From Eledone cirrhosa (Eukaryota): a DNA stretch of 64,000 bases. A program made the position numbers and the translations under genes. The DNA lies in the NCBI GenBank assembly GCA_964016885.1, contig OZ024740.1:364932001-364996000 (forward strand). The letters are read 5' to 3'. The notes beneath the pieces are model-generated. The model made no database searches. It was not told the DNA's origin and worked only from the letters and a program-made list of their open reading frames with translations. Positions 51,124 through 64,000 of this stretch are shown here, one piece after another. How positions within the stretch are numbered: position 1 is the first letter of the stretch; the number at the start of each line of letters is the position of its first letter.

Positions 51124-52892
51124 TGTGTGTGTATGTAGAACTGTGTAGTTGACAAGAAGACTTTCCTGAAGGCGATGCACTATTGTTTGTTGTTGATTTA
51201 ATGAAACAACACATTTAGTTCTCTATTTCAACTGTTGTCATACCTATTTGACACTACCATTTTTACCTCTTTTTCTTTTCTTTTCTTATTTTTGTTTTTG
51301 TTTTTGTTTATCAGAGAGATTTTTTGATATTTAATCCACTTATGACAGTGTTACTAATAAACTACACTCTATTTCAACTAATTAATGAAGAACTCTGAGG
51401 TATTTACAAAAATTACTAATTATTTTATTAATAACATAGTAACATATGGTTCATATATATAATTATGGTGGAAGATTTAAATTTAAATAGGTGGTTTTGT
51501 TTTGTGGTTCTATAACCACAGTTAGTTTTGGTCAGGCTGGTATCAAATGAGTTAATCTTAATTTATGCTAAAAATATTATGTGTCTGCTAAAACTACTAT
51601 CAAATATGCAATTAAGAAGTGCTTCACAGCTATATAGCTCATACATTCCATTTATATAACCTTTATTTCTTACAGATTCTATCCAAAAATTATGCTATTA
51701 ACAACCAGAATAGAATGTGATAGAATATTGTGACTAAGGAAGGATGGAGAACAACCACACATATATATATATATAATAAGTAAGACAGAAGCAGAAAGAG
51801 TAAAGCAAATGAAAATGAAAAAATACCATATTTCTTCTATTGGTTCCACCCATTATAAAAACTGAAATAGTTACTTTGAAACCTAACCCTGAAACACTAA
51901 GAATAGTTATTGTTTCATTTTATTTATTTTAAAATTTGTTTTATTTTTATTATTATGTTTTAGGTTTCATTTTATTTTATTTTGTATTATTTCACTATTT
52001 TTGCCAGCTGAAATAATATTTCAATATTCTTTGAAGCACCATTAACAGATGCCAACAGCCTATGAATTGAAAATGTGTCCGAAAAATGATGGAAAGAATG
52101 AGGTGAATAAATAAGAAGAAAAGAGATTTATCCATTATAAGGACATTTTTGCTGTATTTGTGTAAGGTACATGAAAGAATTGTTCCAATATTTTTACTGG
52201 CTGCTTTTCTTGAAACAAGCTTTGTTCATTCAATGTTACCCACTGACATCCAAAGCTAAGAAGATAAAAGAATTTCAGTATGAATGGATAGCTCTATAAG
52301 CTTGATGGCTTTCATACGCAAATGCTTCTCAGAATTCCCATTGCATATTAGTCGATTTGTTGACAGAAAAGAAACCAGAATGCATCCTATAATTTAGGGG
52401 AAACCAGGGGTTAGCAAAGACAAACTCAGTTATTTTTTTGTTTGTTTTTGTTTTTGTTTTTTGTTTTCACACTTAGGGAGAAGCAGAAATATATTGCTGA
52501 ACATGAAAATTAAATGTCTTCTTTATTAATTTTTGTTAGATTTTCTTTTCTTTTTGTTCTTGCTTTTGATTTCATATCCACCAGTCAACCAATGGAATGT
52601 CATATTCATTGTTTTATATTAAATCCTATTTATTGTATTTAAGGTCATAGTAATAATGAAAAATTGGTTCTCATTAAAAATCTTTTGGAAGGGGTCTGTT
52701 TTCTTGTTCTTAATACTTGTTTGTTAAAGCACAACTCAACCTTCTAATAGAATATCTAAGAGTATGCTAAACTCCAGTGTTTGGTAAAAATCTACACTAC
52801 ATTCCACTATATTATAGTTGAAAAATGAGAAGAATTTTATAGTCTTTACCTTACAAAAAGTAAATCCCTAAATCAACTATTTGTTTCTACCT

Positions 52893-53340
52893 AAGGTTTA
52901 CCAATAACCCAGGTTTACCACTGTCCCAGGTTTACCATTAACCCAGGTTTACCACAGTCTCAGGTTTACACTGCCTCGGGTTTGTCACAGTCACAGATTT
53001 ACTACAGTCTCAGTTTTACCACTGTCTCAGGTTTACTACTACCTCAGGTTTACACCTTTCATGGGTTTACCACAGACTCAGGTTTACCACTGTCTAAGAT
53101 TTACCACTAAATCAGGTTTATCACTGTCTCAGGTTTACCACTATCAGGCTTACCACTGTCTCAGGATTACCACTGTTTCAAGAGTACCACTGTCTCAATA
53201 TTTACTGCAGTCTCGATTTACCACTACCTCAGATTTACCACAGTCTCAGATTTGCCACCAACTCAGGTTTACCACTACCTCAGGTTTACCACTACCTCAG
53301 GTTTACTACTGTCTCATGTTTACCACAATCTCAGGTTTAT
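52893..53340. repeat. 17-bp minisatellite (about 25 degenerate copies)
   Basis: Consensus CTCAGGTTTACCACTGT. Confidence 0.9.
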
Positions 53341-56146
53341 CTTGCTAATGCAGTCATATATTTATGATGAAGTGGGTTATGATACTGGGCTAATAAACCT
53401 TCTACATGACTGTAACTAACTATGAAACTGTAATGTATGGAGCTGGATTATAGTCATATGCTACTATATGATGATGATGATGTCATTTAGAACAATATTT
53501 TACCATTTCTTTCACCTCCAACACACTTATTGATGTCTTAACTGTTGCATGTTATTTAACATTTTTATACTTACTAGAATTTTTTCAACGCATATGTGCA
53601 TATGTTTATGTGTGTGTGTATTTACAAATGCATACATTTATATGTATGAGTGTATAAATATAAACACGCAAACACAGACACACTTACAAAAATACACACC
53701 CACAACAAACATACATTCACACAAACACACACATACATTTACACAAACACACACATACACATCCACTCACACACAGCATATCAAATGGAACACCAGCTGC
53801 TATTTTGGTATATTTTTTCACCATCCCCCTCCTTTCTTTTACGCACACAAATATTCACACAAACATACACACATACACACACATTGTGTGATGGATGGAC
53901 AGATGGACGGAAGTCACTCAAATTTATATATAGATTTCCTGATTTATCAAATTACTTCATCTACCATATAATATCCTTACCCTCATTTTTATAGCACTTT
54001 GTCCAGTCTCAGATCTATTGTAGCACCAATGTTTATGATGTTTACTATATTCTATGTGCGAGTCTTGGGACTAAATCAAATTATTATTATTATTTGGTGG
54101 ATTGGCAGTATTGGTAGAGCGTTGGGCACCCTACTTTGTGACATAGAGTCACGGCCCTTTACCTTCTGAGTTAAAATCCTGTCAAAGTTAGCTTTGCCTT
54201 TCATCTTTATGGGATCGATAAAATATAAAGTAGCAGTAACGAACTGGGGGTTGATTTAATTGAATTTCCCCTCCCCTTCAAATTGCTGCCTTGTGCCTAA
54301 AGTGGAAACAATTATAGGGCAATGGTGTGGCAGTATCGGTAAAACGTCAGACACCAAGCTTTACAGCATAGGAATTATGGCCCTTTATGTTCTGAGTTCA
54401 ATTCTCAGCAGCTTAACTTTGCATTTCATCCTTACAGGGTTGATAAAATAAAGCACCAGTAATGCACTGGGGTAATTGGTGACCTTGTGTCAAAAGTAGA
54501 AACATTATTATTGTTCTTTGAGTCTCAGTCATTAATGTAATTTAACTGGAAAGTTTGTTGAAATGAATATCATGCTGCTACCTGCAGCCTCAGACATTCA
54601 GGACGTATCGGAGGGTTCTTGCTGTTCCCAGCAAGCATGCCTTTTGAAGTGTTCCAAAAAGCGGGGCTGGACTAATCTTCTTTAACCATCCTTGGAAACT
54701 CTTTGAGATAGTACCTAGTGCTCTTATGACAATTGGGATGACCTTGATTTCATGGTAGTTCCAAATCCTTTTTACCTCCCACTTTAAGTCCTGGCATCAG
54801 TTAATTTTCTCCCTCTCCTTTTCTTGCACTCTTCTTCTTCTTCTTCTTCTTCTTCTTCTTGTTATAGATGGGTTTCAATTTAACCCCTCCCCCCACACAC
54901 ACACACACATCCCAACTAAATTTGCTGGCCTTGTGCCTATACTAAAAACAATTATTAATATTGGTGGATCTTTCAGCAGGGGATTTTTAATAAAAGAAAA
55001 ATAATTTATCTGAAAATAAATTATAATACCCAAAATTAAGGCTCATTGAAGAGAGACGATCAAAGTATTTCCTATGACTATTCATAGATGGCTTGATTGA
55101 CATCCCTCAGTTGAACTGAAGTGAACGACAGAATTAACAAGTCCTTACTGATTGAGCAATTCCCTAATTCCCACGCATATCTTCGTCACCCACCATCACA
55201 GCCAAAATATTCATAAAACCCACAGATGTTTCACAATTCTTACTCACATGTCTCATGTTTCTCTCTCAGAAGAAATCTAGTTTAAAAAGAATATGTATGT
55301 ATTTCCATATATACATGTATACACATATTACACATATATAAATGTGTGTGTGTCAGTTATATTATATATATGTATATATATAAATGCGTGTTTCAGTTAT
55401 ATATATATATATATATATATAACTGAAACACATATATCATCATCATCATCATCACTGTTTTACGTCTGTTCTTCCACACATTGATATATAAAAGTGCATG
55501 TGTGTGAGTTACATTTTCATATATATATATATATATATATATATGCATATATATATTTATATATATGCATATATTCCATGCTTGGTTTACCTTAACCAAG
55601 GAGTTGAGCTGGAGTCTCCAAAGTGGTTTCCTTGAAATCCTCAGTAGTATATTTTCAATCTACTTCAGTGAAAAACAACCCATCCTCACTTCACCCCACC
55701 AGCCCAAGAGAAAACAACAACTATAAGATAGATATATAAAAATAAAAGAAAGCAGCCAGTCAAATAAAACAAGTAACAGCAACAACACAAATAAATAAAG
55801 AAAAGCCACAACTTTTCTTTCAATTACTCTATAGATAGTAAAAGATGCAATATTTTTAATGATAAATTTAAAGCTCTGCTAGCTTCCTGAACCTTTTCTC
55901 TATCCTTCTATTATTTTGCCCTTCCCTCTCTCTCCCTCTCTGTATATATATATATATATCATCATCATCATCATCATCACCACCATTTAACGTCCATTTT
56001 TCCACGGTGGCATATATATGTATATACATACTACATACATGTACATATATATGTAATATATATATAAATATAATGTATGTAAATATATATATGTGTGTGT
56101 CATCATCACCGTTTTACGTCTGTTCTTCCACGCTAGCATGGGTTAT

Positions 56147-56177
<31 letters not shown>

Positions 56178-56379
56178 TATACACACATACATATATATAT
56201 ATATTTACATACATATATATATATATACCTATATATATATGATGATGTTGATATGTATGTGGATACTATTTGTTATATTTTTTGTAGTTTTCAGCCAGGG
56301 AATCTTTCATCAAATTAGATTCAGAATATTTTGCCTCCCATCAGTGCCATTACTGAAGCTCTACCGATTCTGAATAAAT

Positions 56380-56519
56380 AACACAACCACCATCATCAAT
56401 AATAACAACAATACAGTCATCAGCAAAACCATCACCCTCACCACCACTACCACAGACACATCCTGCTACTTCCCCCAACCACCACTAAAAACTACAATAA
56501 CAATAACACCCTCAACTCC

Positions 56520-56550
<31 letters not shown>

Positions 56551-57482
56551 CTATCACCCCCACCTTCATTATCACCAACTACAAACACCACCTTAACAAC
56601 ACTATTACTACAAACATCAACCACAACTCCACCACCAACACCACCACTATTACCACAAACACCTCCACCACCACCACCACCATCATCACCACTACCACCA
56701 CCACCACGATTACCACAAACACCTCCACCACCACCATCACCACCATCACCACCACTACCACCATCACCACTACCACCACCACTAACACCACCACACCACC
56801 ACCATCACCACACCACCACTATTACCACAGACACCTCCACCACCACTATTACCACAGACACCACCACCACCACCACTACCACCATCACCACACCACCACC
56901 ACCACCACCACCACCATCACCACACCACTACCACCATCACCACACCACCACCACCACCACCACCACCATCACCACACCACTACCACCATCACCACACCAC
57001 CACCACCACCACCACCACCACCGTCACCACACCACCACCACCACCACCACCACCACCGTCACCACACCACCACCACCACCACCACCACCACCACCACCAC
57101 CACCACCACCGTCACCACACCACCACCACCACCACCACCACCACTACCACCATCACCACTACCACCATCACCACTACCACCACCATCACCACCACCACAC
57201 CACCACCATCACCACACCACCACTATTACCACAGACACCTCCACCACCACTATTACCACAGACACCACCACCACCACCACCACCACCACCACACCACTAC
57301 CACCATCACCACACCACCACCACCACCGTCACCACACCACCACCACCACCACCACCATCACCACACCACTACCACCATCACCACACCACCACCACCACCG
57401 TCACCACACCACCACCACCACCACCATCACCACTACCACCATCACCACTACCGCCATCACCACACCACCACCATCACCACAA
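56380..57482. repeat. (CAC)n-based compound repeat with higher-order units
   Basis: Seen directly; CACCACTATTACCACAGACACC recurs. Confidence 0.93.
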
Positions 57483-57808
57483 CATGTTCACATTAGATAT
57501 ATTTCTCAGTGAAAACTGCTATAAAATATTGTCAATATCTGGTGAACATGATGAACAGATGAAGTGTAAACCATGAACATTGGAGTTACATTCAATGTGT
57601 GAACAGATTACTAGGGTAGGAGGGGGAATATGCTTTGTTCCCAACATTACCTCCTACTACTACTGGTACCAACAAATATTACCTCCCACCACTAACATAA
57701 CATTACCTCCCACCACTCACATCAATTAGAGTATCAGATAGATAAAATACTAGTTCATAGGAATTTAAGAAATTCCTATGTATGTACATAAATGTGTTTG
57801 TGAATGTA

Positions 57809-58641
<833 letters not shown>

Positions 58642-58708
58642 CACATACACACACACTACACTCACAAACACATTTATGTACAGTATGAACTAGTATTTTA
58701 TCTATATA

Positions 58709-58742
<34 letters not shown>

Positions 58743-59180
58743 ATTACAACCAAAATTAAATAGAAAATATGAGTGGAACAGCAACATCACAACTTACAAT
58801 TAAGGACAAAATGAAAACACACACAGACATAGAACAAACAACCAACTAGTAACATGTAAATAAATAAATGAACATAAACACACACAGACACCCGGATGTG
58901 GCGCATGCGCAGACTGAGCACACAACACACACACAGAAACAAAATGGCGTAGGACAGAACAAAGGAGAGGCACAGAAACAAAGAAAGGAATCCCCAGTCA
59001 CTGAAGAGGTCACAGAGTGTGTGACCAAAGAACTATGACAATATATAAACAACTATCTGGTTGTGGAACCAACCAACCAACCAAAAATTTATAAATTTAT
59101 TATAAATTTATTATAATAAATTGAAGTGAAAGCAACTGGTGCGTGTGTTTCTTATTGGCAACATGACTCTCCCAAAGTAT

Positions 59181-59219
<39 letters not shown>

Positions 59220-59544
59220 TTAATTCTATTGACTGATGAATAGCTTTTGTTAATTTTAAAACCATTCTGTTGAGAACTTAATTTGTTTTGTGATATTTTG
59301 CAATAATAACACACATACTGAATTCATCCGCCAAAACTAAGGGTTGCCCCCCCTTGTCGAGCCCCACGTGGGTTTTGATAACGGTCAGTCCTTCGCTTGG
59401 TACTTGAACTAAAAGCCTGTTGAGAAAGTGACTTCCTTGTTCAATCATCTTACCAAGGGTGGTGGATTGGCAGTATCGGTAGAGGATCGGACGCCATGCT
59501 TTCCAGCATAGTTACGTCCCTTTACGATCTGAGTTCAAATCCAG

Positions 59545-60669
59545 AAGCAAAAGGGCGACATATTCGGATTTGGAAAAGCTCGCGATTCTCCATACGCCTT
59601 ATCAAAGATGGACACTGCCAAACTTGAAAAAGCGCCTATTCACAACCTCGATTCAGAAAGAGGCGTGGGCTTTATTAATTACGAATTGACTCGCCGAGGC
59701 GCGAAACAATTGGTCGCCGCTTCTTCATCTCAAGTAAAGATAAAGGCTAAAGACCTGATTGAAAATGAGTCGGGGTCTTTGGTCAAATACAGGAAGTTGG
59801 TTAGAAAAGGAGGCCAAATACCTGAAATTATGAAAGCATAGACTGTAAGACAGGAGGAGTTGACACGCGAAGGCCTCGCAACCAAGGAAAATGCCAATAT
59901 CGCCACCGACAAGCGACGAAACAAGGACCTTGATTATCTAAAATCTGTAGGTGGTCCTTTCACTAAAAAGGAGGAGATAGCTTCAGAAACAGATAAAATA
60001 GAAAGGTTGTATTTAGAAATTAGATATGCAAGGGACACTTCACTATCGATACCAAAAACCAGCGACATTTTCAAACTGAAAAGGAATTATCGGAAACTAG
60101 ATGTGGATACTTACGTGCGAAATCTGAGGGTTTATCTGGAGAAAGTCAGCTTCAAAACGGATGCTACTGTTCAGGACGTTAAAGATGCTTTAGATCATTT
60201 GTTGAACAATTATAATTTAAAATAAAATGTACCAATGAATCATGCATAATAATTTTTTCAAGCCATAGACTAGAGTTAAGCTCATTTTGTCTTCGGAAAT
60301 GCGTTTAAAATATGCCATTCATGAAAAATTATATATTAGTCAATATAGTTGGTTCAAATAACAGTTTTCCATATCCGGCATCCTGGATTTCCGGCATATT
60401 GGATGGTCGTAATGCAAAAACAATACTATAAATGAGTTTATCGACTTCAAAAACCACCCTTGTGACGAAAAAATATCGAGTATAGGTGCAATAATAGCGG
60501 ACTTTTCGTTCTTTTCGAGCATCCTCAGCTTCAGGAGGTATGTACAGGGGGGTTCCGGCCCTCGGGAAAAACTTTTAGTATGATTTCAGTGAATGGTATG
60601 GGTCACTACATATTTTAAAGGGGGCCCAGAAATTGAGTCTGCAGATTTGTAAATTGACCCCCTCCCCTA
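59545..60669 (+). mobile_element. DNA transposon 3' remnant, possibly hAT/hATm-like
   Basis: The two in-frame ORFs 59608-59841 and 59860-60225 are separated by one stop. The APIHNLDSERGV segment resembles the hAT-family C-terminal NxxxER motif, and the right end reads TAGGGGAGG on the minus strand. Family assignment is inference. Confidence 0.4.
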
Positions 60670-61440
60670 CCACTATGAATATTGCCCAAAATATAGCTAA
60701 AATTAATAATAGAAATCTCGGAACTATTCATATGGAACTAATGATAATCAGACAATCACTAATAGAATAAACAACTCCCCGATTAACAAGAATTATACCA
60801 ATAACTCGAACTATAAAAACAGAGCAGCATCATTATATAACAGCAGAGGTAATTGCAATTGAAAAAATAGTTACTCTTGCCCATTAAATAATTGCTGTCT
60901 TGACCATAATTTAGTTTTCAAATGCATTGTTAAAACAAAAGATAAGTCTTACAATTATATTAGTGCCACTTCCTCTAAATTTAAAGAAAGGTGGTATAAT
61001 CAGTCACACGTTCAAGAGAGAAGATGAGATGAGAGATTTAGTACTGCTTTATCTGAATTAATTTGGTCACTTAAAAATAAAAATATAGAATATTCTCTTT
61101 CTTGGCAAAAATTTTCTAGCACCTGACCTTATATAAATTCTTCCATTTCTAAAAGTTGTAACTTATGTACCACTGAAATTCTTTATATTCTTAAGAACAG
61201 AAAAATAATTATTAATAAAAAATCTGAGATCTTCAACTCATGCCTCCACCGATTCTCAAAAACATCCCATAGAGTCTTTAATTAAGTTTTAAAATAGTTA
61301 TCATACGTAGTGAATATTCCTTTATATATAGTTTTAATTCTTGCCTCCACTTATTGTCAAATACATTTAAAATTTTTAATTAAACTTTATATATAAAAAA
61401 TAATAAAATATTAAAATAGGTATTACTCCTTTATATATAA

Positions 61441-63133
61441 CTAGCAGATTTACCCGGCGTTGCTCGGGGTTTGAAATTATGCTAAGAATATACAGTTAGG
61501 AAGTAAAAGAAGAACATTATCTGTCCCCAACCTGTCAAAATAAGCAGAAGTCTTCAATAATTAATGCAAACGAATATTTAGTGAAATCTTTGTACACATA
61601 AAACTATGCTGATAATGAAGGAAAACACTGAACAGGATGAGTTATAAAATGATTAAAGACAATACACGTTGCAAAGCTGTAAATAAACAGGCAGTTTTGC
61701 TAAAGTACAAAAAGTTGTAATGAAAGCAGAGTTGTATACAAACAAAAAAACAATGAGAGTAGAATAAGAGAAAATCTATTCTTTGAGAGTATCCTTTGCT
61801 GTGTATGGTTAAATTTTTAATTTATAATCCAAAATATCCTGCATGACATATTCATTGGTATGTTTTGTAATGAGTAAGGTGAAGTCAAGGCAGAGCTGTA
61901 ATAAGTTTTTTTTGTTAACACTAAAGCACTTCAGGAGAGACGATATTCTTTGTTTTTCTTTTCGGAACAAACGCAAAGAGATTATCTCGACTGCCAACTC
62001 GTGAGCAGGCAACGTAGAATTGTCCATGCGAAAAGCAAGGTTCATACAAGTGAATTCCAGCGACGGACAGAGTTTGACCTTGCGACTTGTTTATGGACAT
62101 CGCAAAGGCAACACGAAGGGGAAATTGGGTTCGGCGAAAGGAGAAGGGAGTATCCACGCCTGATGTAGTCAGGCTAATTTTTGTTATTATCACATCCTCG
62201 CCTTTTCCACATCCGGTTAGAATGGTAGCGTCAATACTAAGTGGAGACACTTTTTTAACCACAAGGCGTGTACCATTGCATAGTTTTGGAGGAGTGATAT
62301 TTCTCAGCAAAATAACTGGTGTTCCCTCTTTCAGAACCAATGTATTAGGAGGTAAACCAGGAGGATTTAAAGAATTTAGAAATTCAACTGGATAATTGAC
62401 CGCATCCTCTGGATCACATACAGTATCAATAGATTTATATATCCGTGGACATCCAGGAAGAAGCTGAAGAAGCTGATCGTTAATACAGCTAACCGTGATA
62501 TTTTTGGGTGCAAGAATGGCTCTTTCGCATAGCCAATCAAGATTCGTATAGTTATCACGCAAGTTCGGGAATACACTCGCCTTGAGATCATCGCCAGTTT
62601 CAACTACATTGCCGATGTGATCAATTGCTATGTGTCCATCTGTATCCGGAGGTAGTTATTGTAAGAATGTCTCCAGAAAATGTTGATGACAGAGGGTCCC
62701 CATGCAACCTTGCACGCATGTTGGTAGTTAGTCTTAATGATGTCACTTGTCGCCACAATAGTGAAGACTTAAGTGTTTTTTTAACTTTGAAAGTGCAACA
62801 AAGAATAAACAAGAAACAAACGATAATATTAGTGATTTATCTTCAAATGAATGTGATGTTTATATTTCTGAAAAGTTGGTTATCTCCTTTTTTATAAGGA
62901 TTGTCAATAAAGTTGGTTATCTCCCTTACATCAATTTTGCTACCGATAATTTTGATACAGATTTTTTATTGCTCAACGTGGGTCGATTTGAAAAATGTTT
63001 GTGATGTGACAATCTTAGCGACCCGTGCAACGTGCACAGAAAATTTGGTCAAATTCAGTTGGTAATTGTAAATGCCTTAAGTATGCAAAGTTGTACAGAG
63101 ACACACACATCCTCGCTTTTATATATATAAAGA
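61441..63133 (-). mobile_element. Non-autonomous (internally deleted) Helitron with both termini
   Basis: The minus strand begins A|TCTTTATATATATAAAAG (63133) and ends with hairpin CCCGAGCAACGCCGGG then CTAG|T (61441): an AT target with no duplication. Confidence 0.88.
61921..62562 (-). pseudogene. Helitron PIF1-family helicase C-terminal fragment
   Basis: RAILAPKN, EFLNSL.PPGLP, LLRN...LCNGTRL, QFPLRVAFAMSINKSQGQTL, FSHGQFYVACSRV. Confidence 0.92.
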
Positions 63134-63231
63134 TTTTTAAATGATTTTCTATTTTCTTAAAAAATCTAGACTATACGACAAAATAAGTTAACTAATTTCT
63201 CTCTCCGTTATTTTCTCTGATTATTTCTCTC

Positions 63232-63607
63232 TCTCAATTCCGCTTATAATCATTTAAGATAGGTATTAAATCAAAAGTATATATTATATCAAAGAAAAAA
63301 ATATTCTAAGACAGAAATAATATTACGAAAATATAATGATAAACGGGGAAAGAATTTGGATTATAGAATTTGTAGGTAAGCTATTTTTGTTTATGTCTAT
63401 TTAGATACTGAAATTATTGAGTAGAAATGTATTTAATAATTGATATGGTTCTTTTTATATATATTTTTTTTTAATATATAGTTGAGTATGCTTTAATATT
63501 ATGTGATAAATTATTTATTTTAAAAGAAGAAAGATAATTATCTATGTTAAAAATTATATATATGCTTATTTAATACCTATCTTAAATGATTATAAGCGGA
63601 ATTGAGA
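63232..63607. repeat. 40-bp perfect inverted repeat pair (MITE-like)
   Basis: TCTCAATTCCGCTTATAATCATTTAAGATAGGTATTAAAT at 63232-63271 and its reverse complement at 63568-63607. Confidence 0.75.
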
Positions 63608-63877
63608 CTGAATAACGGTCGATTTTTGTTTTGTTTTTTTTACCAATCTAATTATGCTATATTTTAAATAATTTATGAAACGTTTAAACCAACTGTAATG
63701 TTTTCTCCCAGTAACATAACCTCCTGTGTTGAGTTTTTTCTAGTCATATACTTGGTGGTCATGAAAAAATTATACATTTTCTATGTATTTTATCTGGAGA
63801 GGACATAAAACTTTACATCTTCGAAATATATATAATGAAATAGATATGATATAAAGTATTTATCTTTGGTTTATAAC

Positions 63878-63923
<46 letters not shown>

Positions 63924-63929
63924 TATATG

Positions 63930-64000
63930 TTTATCCTGGGTTCAATTGGGGGTTACCACAGTAGGTAAGGTACTCAATACATAGCAGAGTATAAATATTT
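63930..64000 (-). mobile_element. Terminal fragment of the 40248-40440 family (runs off the window)
   Basis: The reverse complement gives TTATACTCTGCTATGTATTGAGTACCTTAC.TACTGTGGT; abuts (TA)n. Confidence 0.7.

Noticed and set aside
56380-57482. Mucin-like Thr/Pro/His-rich coding exon
   Set aside because: The (CAC)n register is repeatedly shifted by CA insertions, and there are no clear splice or start signals; treated as simple repeat.
58790-59085. Possible solo LTR fragment
   Set aside because: It is compositionally distinct, but no TG..CA ends, TSD, PBS or second copy were identified.

Overview
This is an AT-rich, microsatellite-saturated animal genomic region; an octopus/cephalopod origin is inferred from the SINE and repeat style and is not proven. 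No host protein-coding gene is supported, and most short ORFs in the track are (TA)n/(CA)n artefacts. Retroelements: two full-length Tx1/L1-clade LINEs (one intact on +, one frameshifted on -), a Penelope-like element (PLE) with an intact RT + GIY-YIG ORF, an R4/Dong-type LINE 3' fragment in (TAA)n, several decayed RTE LINEs and two tRNA-headed SINE families. DNA elements: a non-autonomous Helitron, MITEs and minisatellites. The most notable signal is a hammerhead-ribozyme (HHR) system. (1) A non-coding 430-532 nt retrozyme-like monomer occurs at three loci with five type I HHRs, compensatory base changes and an invariant insertion junction. (2) The autonomous PLE's sense copy starts 2 nt from the predicted cleavage site of an HHR carried in its own inverted terminal repeat. 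(3) Several other short fold-back elements in (TA)n carry HHR-like cores. All structures were paired by eye, and ribozyme activity is untested.
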